Shown here piece by piece: positions 39,376 through 50,563 of a stretch of DNA of 64,000 bases. Source of the DNA: Piromyces finnis finn (Eukaryota > Fungi > Neocallimastigomycota); the NCBI GenBank assembly GCA_002104945.1, contig MCFH01000029.1:434001-498000 (forward strand). Direction: 5' to 3'. How positions within the stretch are numbered: the first letter of the stretch is position 1; every line of letters starts with the position of its first letter. The position numbers were made by a program, and so were the translations under genes. The notes under the pieces were generated by a model. The model saw only the letters and a list, made by a program, of their open reading frames with translations. It was not told the origin of the DNA and did not search any database.

Positions 39376-40319
39376 AAATTTTATTTTTAAATTTTAAATA
39401 AAAAATCCAATACTTTATATATCCCAGTATTTATAAAATATCAATTAATTAAATTAATTTTTCCTCATTGTGTTGGCTCATTTCTTTATAAAAAAAAATG
39501 GTTAAGTTTTAATATTGATTATTAAATAGATTTATATGAAAAAAAATAAGAAAGCCAATTATAAGTAAAATAAAGCAAATTAATATCAAAAAAAATTATT
39601 TTTTTTTTTTGCTTTTTGTTTGTTTGTGTTTTAAAATCCATTAATAAATGCTTAAACTTTAATTATTATTATTTTTAAGTTTTATTTAAAGATGAATAAT
39701 ATTAACGGGCGAATAATGATATATGTAATATTGGGTAATTTTAATATTAATTTCTTGAAAATCAAAAATATAAATTTTTAAAATGGGATAAACGAAATGA
39801 TTAACTTTAAAATACTATGAAATGTAAAAAGTAATAAAATAATAAAGTATATTATAAGCTTTTTTTTTTAATAGTAAAGATTTTATTATAATTATATAAT
39901 TATTTATTTTTTTTGTTTATTTGGTTTTTTATAATAAATTAGTTTCATCATTCCTATAAAAAAGAAATATTTTCAATAATACATTAATATTAAAATGTAT
40001 ACATTGAGTGTTTACGTATTAAAGAAATAAAAAATTAAAGTTGCCATAAAAAAAGGATTAAATTCTATTTAAAACATAAATAAAAGTGAAAAGGAAAAAA
40101 AAAAAGTTTAATTTTGAAAGAATAAAAATAAATTAAGAGAAATAAAAAGTAAAAAATAAAAGTAAATTCTAAATAAATAAAGTGTTAAATGAATAATATA
40201 TCTATTTAATATACCCTTTATAACATAAAGAATGAAAAAAATATTGAAAAACAACATTAATATTCTTTTATAAATAAATACCCTTTTATTTTAATAACAA
40301 TAAATATATATTAAATAAT

Positions 40320-41009
40320 ATGGAATACAAACCAATTGAAAATAAAATAGATATTTCTGATGAAGAGGATTCCTATTCCTTGGATAGTGAAAACCATAAT
40401 ACTACACATAACATTGTAAATAATGAAAATACAGTAATTGATATTAATGACAATGAACTTCTATATGAAGACAATGATAGTGAAATAGAAAATGCTAAAA
40501 AAGAAAAAGCCCGTATTGGATTTTTCAAACAATTTTTAATAAAAAAAGTATATAAGACAGGGTTAATAGGTTATATTTCACTGGTTTCTTTTAATATTAT
40601 TTATAGTGTAATATTTGGAAGTTTTTTAGAAAATATACAAAATTCAAATGAAGAAGATATAAATGAAATGATTAAATTACATCCAGTGATGATGATGACT
40701 TATGCTTGTATATTTGCACCAATGATTGAGGAATTTGTTTTTAGAAAATTGATGTTTGGATTTATAAAGCGATACTCAAAAATTTTAGCATATATTATCT
40801 CTTGTTTCTTTTTTGCATTCGGTCATTTTGGATTTAGTTTTACTATCCTTTTAAATGAAATAGGTTTTTTCCCAATATATTTCATTGCCGCTGCAATTTT
40901 AGCATACATTTACGATTATGATGGATACATTTTAGCATCAATGATTGCACATATGTTATATAATAGTACTATGTTAGTATTAGGAAGTTTGCTTGAAGAA
41001 GAAATATAA
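40320..41009 (+). CDS. CPBP/Abi (type II CAAX-like) intramembrane glutamic metalloprotease; intronless
   Basis: Family motifs IFAPMIEEFVFRK (EExxxR), FFAFGH (FxxxH), ASMIAHMLYN (HxxxN), with several hydrophobic segments. Confidence 0.9.
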   Translation: MEYKPIENKIDISDEEDSYSLDSENHNTTHNIVNNENTVIDINDNELLYEDNDSEIENAKKEKARIGFFKQFLIKKVYKTGLIGYISLVSFNIIYSVIFGSFLENIQNSNEEDINEMIKLHPVMMMTYACIFAPMIEEFVFRKLMFGFIKRYSKILAYIISCFFFAFGHFGFSFTILLNEIGFFPIYFIAAAILAYIYDYDGYILASMIAHMLYNSTMLVLGSLLEEEI

Positions 41010-41562
41010 AATTATACATATAGATATATATTTTTTGGAAAAACAATAATAACAACAATAAAGTAAAACGGAATATAATAAATAAATAAAATTTTGAAAT
41101 AAATAATAAAATTATCCTATAACTTTTAACTATTTTAAAAAATTAATTCATATACTATTCACATACCCATAAATATTGCAATAGATACTATTCTATTCTT
41201 TATACAAATAATTATAAAATATTTTCTTTATATAATTATTTTATATCTTGTTAATAATATAAATTGATTATTTTTTATATTTTTATTAATATAAAAGAGA
41301 GAAAATATTACAATAAATATAATCTAAAAACCAAATACCATGTAAATATAATATTAAAAATAATATAATAATAAAAAGGATAATAATATAATAATAATAA
41401 TAAGAATGAAAATAAAAAAAAAAAAAAAACATTAAATTTATATTACTATATTTTCTTGATAATAATTATTTTATTTTTTTTATTATTAACATTAAATGAA
41501 TTAGCTCGATAATATTTACAAATAATTAAAAAAAAATTAAGTACTGAAAAAATAATTATTTT

Positions 41563-43569
41563 CTATTTTTCTTTTTCTTTTAATTTTTGTTGTGTTAAAT
41601 AATAATCCTTAACAGCTTCAAATGGGATCTATAAAGTTTTAATAATAATAGGAATTAATTCATTATTTAATTATTGTATTATTATGTAAGAATTATAAAA
41701 TTCATATTACTTTATGATCGGATTTTTTTTCGTATTGGGTTTCACGATCATACGTTTGAATATTGAAGGGTGAGTTTATGAAACCTTTTAATTCATAAAT
41801 AAAATGGTTAGTTTTATCTTTTAAAAATAAAGAAATTTCATCCATGGCTTCCTCTGAATCTAAATCATACCTAGTTTTTACCAATATTCAATATATATAT
41901 ATATATATATATATAATGTTTGTTATTGTTTATTATCCTTATTTTTTCTTTCATCATGTCATATATTACCGTTTTATTATACGAAGAATAAAATCACGAA
42001 TAAGATCTATTTCATCTGTATGTAATATAGCTTTAATATCTCGTTCAACCCAAGGTATTATTCTATCAAATTTTGCTTTATATTTTGTTAAGTATTCTAA
42101 ATCTTTTTTTTTTTTTTTATAATAAAAAGTATATATTATAGATTAAAGATTTAATATAATGATTATTATATATATTTATATATTGTAAATGTATAATACA
42201 AACAAGTTTGACTTTCTTTTAAAACTTTATATTTTTCAGGTTGTTTTGAATATAAACCTTGAGTATATATTTTACTTTTGATAGCAGACAATTTTAAATT
42301 AAAAACATTAATAAAAATATTTAAAAAAAAAAAAAAAAAAGATATTTATTAATTATATTTTTAAAGTTTTCTTTTAGAAAATGATGTATGTATAAATATA
42401 CCTTCGATAGTCAATACCATCTTTATTATTTTTGTTATTTGATAATGAAAATAAAGAAGGGTAAGAATATTGATGGTTTCTAGGGTATATTTCTTTCCTT
42501 GATTGTAATTATTATATTGATATAGATATTTTAGTATTACATCATTCATTCATTTTTTTTTAAAAAAAAAAAAAAAAAAAAATTTGGTTTTTAAACCTTT
42601 TCGGTTTTTGGTGTTGAATTTCACCTTCTCCAAAGTATATCTAATTTGTATATTATATATATGAATATATGTACACGTTATTCAATAATTATTTAAGCCT
42701 TTTTAAAAGGAATTACAAAAGCTTTTATAGTATTTAATATTATTATTTTTTTTTTTTACTTTATCATAGGTATATTCATCTTTTATATTGTAAATAGCAA
42801 AATCATAATGTCGTTTACATAAAGGACAATTCTGTGATACTTTGGACCATTTTTTAATACAAACATTACAAAAAGCATCTAATAAAAAATAAAATCATAC
42901 ATATTAGAGACTTTTAGGATTATTTAATTATATATTTATTTTTATAATTCAAATTAACAATTCAAACATATTAATTGAACTACGTGCATATATTTAATAA
43001 AATTAATGAGAAGATTAATTAAATATAAGGAAACAAACATAAATAAAATATGAAATTTCAAGAAAATATATATTTGAATAATGAAATTTCACATTTTAAA
43101 ATTCACATTTGAAATTTCAAATTTGGATTTTAAAATTCTGTATATATATATACTAATTTAAATTGAAGCGTGATAAGTAAAAATAATAATGTCATTAAAT
43201 TTAATATTTAGAATAGGTGAAAAAAAAAAAAAAAAAAAAAAAAAAGAATGAATTACGATAACAAGGATCTAATAAAGTTTTATTTAAAAAGGATTCTAAA
43301 CAAATTGGACAAGTTATTAAATAGTCGTCATCATCAGTGTCATTTTCAGTATTTTTATTTTTTTCTTTTGGATTATCAATTTTTATTTTTTTAATATTTG
43401 AATTTTCAAATGTTTCCGAGAGTTCATGAGGCCTTTTATTTTTTTGATATTTACTATCTAGTTTTTCATAATCTAGAGTTGAAATGTCTAAACCTTGACC
43501 TTCTTCTGAATCATAGGAATTATCTTCAGTCGATTCTGAATTTAAATATTCCTGATAATAATTGGACAT
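41563..43569 (-). CDS. Topors-like C3HC4 RING E3 ubiquitin ligase (multi-exon)
   Basis: Exon 1 ends CPICLESFLNKTLLDPCY and splices to HAFCNVCIKKWSKVSQNCPLCKR (~42880-42760). Downstream exons give RIIPWVERDIKAIL and FLKDKTNHFIYELKGFINSPFNIQTYD, typical of the Topors-like/PWI-like region. Middle exons are not fully resolved. Confidence 0.8.
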
Positions 43570-43788
43570 TATTTTCTTTTAATTTTTTTTAAAATACTAT
43601 TTTAAATATATATACATATTTACTATATTACTAATTTTTTTAACAAAGTAGAAAAAAAAAATTTTTTTAAATACTATAAAGGAAACCACTTAATTAAAAA
43701 TTCTATTTTTCTTTATATATTTTATAAGAATTTGAAATCAAAATTTATTATGGTAATAATTTTATTAATAATTTTATTAATAATTTTA

Positions 43789-43793
43789 TTCAT

Positions 43794-43836
<43 letters not shown>

Positions 43837-43877
43837 TGTATGTATGTATGTATGTATGTATGTATGTATGTATGTAT

Positions 43878-43968
<91 letters not shown>

Positions 43969-43970
43969 TT
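43789..43970. repeat. Compound microsatellite (ATTT)n-(ATGT)n-(ATTT)n
   Basis: An ATGT block is nested in an ATTT array; this explains the spurious FIYL/CMYV ORF at 43732-44049. Confidence 0.95.
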
Positions 43971-44210
43971 TTATTTTATTTTTATTCAATATTACAAAAT
44001 AAATAATAGATTTCAACTAGAAAACTTTTTTTTTAAAGATTTAATTTAAACTTTTCAGTTGATATAATATATTTAATTTATTTATTATTATAATGAATAT
44101 AATCATTATAATCAATGTGTTATATCACTATTACTTTAAATATTTGAATAACAATTCTTATTATTAGTACTGGTATTATTTGTCCAATAAAATATCCAAT
44201 TTTCATTTAA

Positions 44211-45588
44211 TTAATATGGTGGTGGTAAATCATCATCTATTCTTTCATAAAAGACTTGTTGTTGGGAATCATATGTTGGTAATGGTTGAGAATATTCTGT
44301 AACAAAGTTATTAGCTAAATCAGCAGCAAAAGCTATGTTGCAACAAATAATTTTCATTGTTTTTTGTTTTTGTTTTTGTTTTTTTTTTGGCAATTCATTA
44401 AAAAAAAAAAAAAAAGGAAGTTATAAAATTTTAATAAATTTAATATTTCTAGAAAATTATAGAATATCAATATTAAAAATTAAATATATATATATATATA
44501 ATTTACCAGTAATGATAGATTCATCAAAAGCTTCTAAATTAAATATAAATCTTTCAATAGTACCGTCAAATTCATTGGAAGGTTTTAAGTCTTTATTTGT
44601 CATAGCACCAAGACGGAAGTAAATTTGATTTTGATTTTCATTAGAAGAATTACCATCATCAGCTTCATATGAATAGCATTTAATGATTTCTTTAGTTTTA
44701 AATATGCCTGACAAGCCATTGTTTAAATACATACGAATTTCATTATGTTTTCTTACAATAGCAACAACATTTAATCTATCATAGATAACAGATTCAATTG
44801 ACTTTAAATAGTCATCAGTGGAAACAGAGTTACTTTGATCAGAACAGCAAAAAGTTAATTTTCCATCAGCTGTAAGGTTGAGACTGAACTGATACCTATT
44901 TTCAATAGTAATTTTTGATTTTATATAATTAGAAAAACTTTATAAATATCAATGATACTTTACTTTTATATCCAATTTCCAAAGTTTCATGGGTAAAAAA
45001 GTTAATAAAAAAATAGTAATAATAATAATAATAAAATATATTTTATAATTGGTATTGTATTGTATTTTATTATCTATCTAAATCTTAATAATATTTCTCC
45101 TATTAAATACGAGGAAATATATTGTATTAAAAATAATTTTGTTGAAATGAATTTCCTCAATTCTCATTATTATATTTCTAAAATAAAATTATATTACTAT
45201 TTATTTTTATTTTTTATGTGATTTTTACTGTTATTTATATAAATTAATTGTTTATAATTATTGACAATCCAATAAATCCATTTAATTATTTTTATTTTTT
45301 TTTTTTTATAAGCCAATTCGATAATCAATTAATTATTTAAAAATAAAAAAAAAAAAAAAAAAAAGAGAGAGAGAGAGAGAGAGTAAATGAAAAAAAAAGC
45401 ATTTTTATCTTGTAAATTTACTTTTGGTCATCATTAGTCTTTTGGTAACAGAAAAGAGTTTTAATATTTTTAGTTTCTGGTTGTAAAGGAGTAAACCATA
45501 TTAAAAAAGAGAAATCAGAATAACCAATTGAAAATGGAGTGATATCAACATATCCAGTATCTGGTGTGATTTTTCTATTTAAATCCAT
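44211..45588 (-). CDS. Concanavalin-A/LamG-like domain protein with C-terminal LPTY and PPPY motifs (3 exons)
   Basis: MDLNRKITPDTGYVDITPFSIGYSDFSFLIWF..|KYQFSLNL..VVAIVRKHNEIRMYLNNG..FRLGA..FDGTIERFIFNLEAFDESII|..LPTY..DDDLPPPY*. The pattern FS...W / MYLNG / LGA / F.G.I....I.N..L is LamG-3-like. The exon 1/2 junction (45423/~44895) is in frame. Confidence 0.6.
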
Positions 45589-46877
45589 ATTTATTTTTTT
45601 TTCTATTTTATATATGAAAGTTAATATTAATGATATTTTTAAAGTATTTTTAACGAAGATTGATGTATTATAATTATAAAATTATCAATTCTAGTTTTAT
45701 ATATATATATATAATAATAATAATGCTAATTATTTTTTTATTATTACCTTTTTAATGTTTTTTATTTGTTTCCTGTATTTCCAGTTGTTTATTTGTTTGT
45801 TTTGTTTGATTTATCTTTAGTTTGTATTTAATTTTTTTTTTTTGTTCTATTTACAAATGAAAAAAAAAAAAAAAAGAACAAAAAGAAAAGGAAAGAAAAA
45901 AAGTGAAATATAAAATTTTTATTAATTTTACAATTAATTAAAAAAAACTTTAATAAATATAAAAGTAAAATAGAATAAAATAAAAAAAAAATTCTAAATA
46001 TTTAAATCTCTATATTATAAAAAAAATGGATAGTAGTAATATTGCTTTTTTGTATAAAAAAAAAAGTTTATACAACTCAATAAAAGTTTAATAATAATGA
46101 AATAAATCCATCTTAAATAATTTTATAAAATTTCTTTTATTCTTTTATTTTTTTTTTTTTATTAAAATTTAATGAATATTTAGTAAAGAAAAATCAGTTT
46201 AAAATGACCAAAAAAACGTTACAATAAAAAAAAAAAAAAGATACATTACATATCAGATCAGAACTCTTTTATAAATAATTAAATATTTTTTGAAAACATA
46301 TAAAAATAAATACAAATAATTCTATTTATATATCTATTTTATATTATTTCATTTATTATTCTTGTTCATTATTATCCAATTTAAAAAATTTTGTATTTTA
46401 AGCAATATTACTCAACTTTTATTTTATATTCTAAAAAGAACAAAAAGAATTTATTAATTTAATAGTATGTCTTTATCATAAAATGTTTTTTTTTTTTTTT
46501 TTTTATTTATTATTATTATGACTTATGACTTTGAAGATTTAAACTTTAGTTTTATTAATTTTAGGATATTCTTAATTAGTAATATAATATTTAAAAAAGT
46601 TTAAATAAGCCATACATTTTTTTATATATATAATATAAAAATAAATTCCTATATAATGAATTTTATAAATATATATAAAAAACCCATAATTTTTAGTAAC
46701 AAAAAATATTTATATATATAGTTATATTAAAATAAGTTTTTTATTAATTTTATAAAGTAATTGTAATAACAACATACATAATATTCTTAAAAAAGAAAAA
46801 TAATAAAAGAAATAATAATAACAGCAATAACTTACTCTTTATTTTTTTAGATATAAACTAAAATAAATATAATATAA

Positions 46878-47366
46878 ATGGCTTATAATAATTTACACTA
46901 TGGATCTACCAATAGTAGAATGGAACGTTTTTTTAAAGATTCATCTTCTGTTCCTATGGGTGTTCTTCGTGATAAACGTGGATTTCCTCTCCCAGCTTCA
47001 AGAGCTATTCCATTAACTGCAGCTAATAGAGGTTTTGATCATGATATTTCCACTGTTGGACGTGAAATTGATGTTGCATATGATTACAAAAAAAGACAAT
47101 TAGAACGTTCAAGTTCAAATTTAAATGCATTTTCTGTTTCAGATCCAAACCTTTTTGCATCTACAAAAACATCAAATATGAGACCATATGCTTCAATGGA
47201 TTCATTATATTCTTCTAGTGATTCTTTAAACAATTCATCTTCATCTTCAGTTATTTCTAATAGTTCTTCATCTTCTAATATTAGTATTTCACGGTTTAGT
47301 TCAGCTTACATGGATTCTCTTGATCCATCTTTTATGTCTCATTATGTATCTTACGATTTAGATTAA
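46878..47366 (+). CDS. Orphan 162-aa intronless, Ser-rich, probably disordered protein
   Basis: Clean ATG-to-TAA ORF, markedly more GC-rich than its flanks, with host-like codon use (cgt, gct, ggt, tct). No family recognised. Confidence 0.7.
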   Translation: MAYNNLHYGSTNSRMERFFKDSSSVPMGVLRDKRGFPLPASRAIPLTAANRGFDHDISTVGREIDVAYDYKKRQLERSSSNLNAFSVSDPNLFASTKTSNMRPYASMDSLYSSSDSLNNSSSSSVISNSSSSSNISISRFSSAYMDSLDPSFMSHYVSYDLD

Positions 47367-47568
47367 ATTAACTAACATTAAGAATGAAATATGAAAAGAA
47401 ATCCGATTTTAAATATATATAAAGATATTAGTTAATTATAATCAACAACTACAAAAATGTTAAAAAAAAAAAAAAAAAGAGTAATGAAAAAGTTTTTTTT
47501 ATTGTTATTATTCTTTTAAATTAAACTAATATTCTCTTTCAATTTATTTTATTATTATAAATTACTTT

Positions 47569-47613
<45 letters not shown>

Positions 47614-48294
47614 GTTAAAAGATTGTAATATTATTTAATATTATGTAAATATAAAGACAAAATTAAGAAATATATAATAAATACATGAAACATTAATACA
47701 AAATAAAATTAAAAAATTGAATATTCATTTTTTATATCTTGAATATTTAATCAAAAAAAAAAAAAAAAAGGAAATAAAAATAGAAAAAAAAAAAGCTAAA
47801 TACACTGGAATAAAAAAAAAATGAGTAATAATAAAATATAAAATGTTTATATGTTTTTTATATCATTTTATTTAAATATATTATTTACAATACTTACATA
47901 TTATTATTAGCGTTCTATTAATTTTTTTTTTTTTTTTTTTTTATTTTCTTATTATATATATAGTTTTTAATTTATAAATGATAGTATTTTTTATTTTAAT
48001 AGAAAAAAAAAAAAAAAAAAGATATCTTGGTCATATTTAACATTTATAATTTATTATTATAAATATTCAAGTTTCCTTTTTTACAATTTGCAATGTTAAA
48101 ATATTTTGTATTATTTTCCAACTTTAAGATATATTCGTGATTCGTGTATGAATTATGTTATTATTATTTCTTAATTTCATCTTTCTTTTAATATTATTAA
48201 TTTTTTGTAATATTTCTTAATATTGAATTATTTTTTTTTTTTTTTTTTTGAAATATTTTGGATATATTGATTTCAATCTTTAAAGCTTTTCCTA

Positions 48295-48726
48295 CTAATT
48301 ATTTGTAAAATAACCTACGGCAAAACCTATACGTCTAGCTCTTTCACCAGCTGGATCTGAATGAGGAGGACTATCATCATCATCAAAAGCTTTGTAAATA
48401 TATCCACATTTCTTACATTTAGCATCCTTTAATTTATGACAACAATATATTCCACCACATGGACAGCAAAACAATGCCAAACAAATACCCCAACCAGAAT
48501 ATGATTCTTCCCATTCATGAGCACCACCTCTATAACAATGAATTGGTCTTCCTTGTTCATCTACAGCATTTCTATCTTCTGGAAGTTCAATATGTTCTGT
48601 TCCCATTTGAGGTCTTGGTGGGTATTCTGAATAACCTGGTGGTTTCTCATTTAAATTTTCAGTAGAATTATATGATGGTGGTGGAGCTTCATTATCCATT
48701 AATTTATCTTTGGAAGTAGTTTTCAT
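48295..48726 (-). CDS. BRI3 (brain protein I3)-like small Cys-rich membrane protein with PY motifs; intronless
   Basis: PPPSY/PPGY N-terminus, then HCYRGGAHEWEESYSGWGICLALFCCPCGGIYCCHKLKDAKCKKCG, matching the BRI3 pattern C..GG.H.....F...GI..AI...P.G..CC.......C.RCG. Confidence 0.8.
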   Translation of the reverse strand: MKTTSKDKLMDNEAPPPSYNSTENLNEKPPGYSEYPPRPQMGTEHIELPEDRNAVDEQGRPIHCYRGGAHEWEESYSGWGICLALFCCPCGGIYCCHKLKDAKCKKCGYIYKAFDDDDSPPHSDPAGERARRIGFAVGYFTNN

Positions 48727-50563
48727 TTTTTTTAAATACTATAGTTTAAAAAAAAACCACACAACAATTTATTGATTTAAAAAGTTGAAATTAATTGTAA
48801 AAATTTAATTTTATATTGTTATACTTTGGTATATTTTTTTTTCTAATAAGTTTATATAATTGATAACTTGTTGCTTATTGATATAAAATATATGTTTAAT
48901 ATTTCTAATACTTCTTATTTAAAAAAAAAAAATATGGTATTAGATTTAATATACTTTTAAAAAAGAAAAAAATGAAGAAAAGCCTTTACTTGAATTTGAA
49001 AAGCTTTTTTGATTTAATATTACTTTCTTATAATAATTAACCAATATTTAAAAATAAACTTTATTTAATAATAAAATAACTTTTTTTTTTTATTTTTTTT
49101 ATCTTTTCTTTTTTTTGAAAAGGCAATAAAAAAAACTAAAGCCGTTTTTTTAATTAATTGAATTCTTTATTATGTGATACAAAATCAAGATTGTTGAATA
49201 CTGAGCCACAAATAATATTATTAAAATAAAAAAAAATAACTAGAAAATAAAAAAAGAATAGCAGCAATTGGTATCATAATTATTTTATTGTGGCCAGGTT
49301 TTTATTAATATTGATGAATAATAAAGCCACAATAATTTATTTAAATAATATTTTATACTATTTATTTTATTTAATATTATTTTAATATATTATAAAAAAC
49401 AATAATTAATAATTATATATTAAAAATGATAAAAATAAATATAATCATAATATATGAATTTTAATAAAAAACTAAATTGAATTAAGAAGAAATAATTTAA
49501 TTTATATTTAATTAGTTTTTTAATCTATTTAAAAATTTAAAAAGAAACTATTTATATAAAAAGTGGTTTAAAGTTGGTAGTGATGATTATCAAATAATAA
49601 TAGTAATAATAATTAATAATAATGTTCTTTTCTTATTTAATACTAAACATTATATTGGAAGGGTTATTATTAAAAATATTTTAAAATAATACAAATATTA
49701 TCTTGAAATGTTATAATGATTTAAAAATATCATTTAATAATTTAAATATTATCTTGTAAGATGATAATAGTTAAAAATATTATTTAATAAAACTCTTTGA
49801 TAATATTGTTAATTTTATAACTTTTAGATATAAGAGTTAAAAAAAATAGAAATATAATAATATTATGATGATAAATAATTATTATTTAATAAAACTTTTA
49901 AATCTTAGATAATATTTAGTTGAATTAAATATTCATATGTCATAATAATAAGAAATCTTAATAAATGAAATAATACATTATTATAACTACTGATAAAATA
50001 TAATTTAAATAGAAAATATACAAATGAAATAACAAAAAAAAAAAAAAAGATAAATACTATGATGTAAGGTGGTTCATTTGAAAAAAATAAAAAGTATTAT
50101 TTATGGCTATCTCTTTTTTTTTATAGTTAAATCAATGAGTAATAATCCATTTTATGTGTGTATAATTTTATAATTTGTAAACTAAAACTATCGAACATAT
50201 TTAATAAAAACCTATATAACCCTAACCTTATACTTATTTAATATTTTTTAAATTCATGTAAAAGTATAATTATAAAATGTAGAGTAATGTATTGTACTAA
50301 ATATAATAACGTATTATCCAATCATTATTTATAATAATTTAAATTTTTATTTTTTTTTTTTTTGAAATTATTTTCAAAGGTTAATTATATATAGTCAAAC
50401 GATACTATAATAATTAATTAAAAAGGATATAGCAATATTTAGTTTTGCTTTATCTAAATAAATAATATTTTATTTTTTATTTTTTATTTTTTCATACAAT
50501 ATTGCTTCTTTAGTACATTTTCCTTCATATATATAATACATATAATACATTTATTTTAAAAAA

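Noticed and set aside
43732-44049. 105-aa FIYL/CMYV repeat ORF
   Set aside because: Translation of the compound ATTT/ATGT microsatellite.
49580-50000. Possible C/D snoRNA boxes (GTGATGA at ~49580, ATGATGA at ~49864, CTGA at ~49990)
   Set aside because: The intervening sequence is almost pure A/T, with no terminal stem or plausible rRNA guide.
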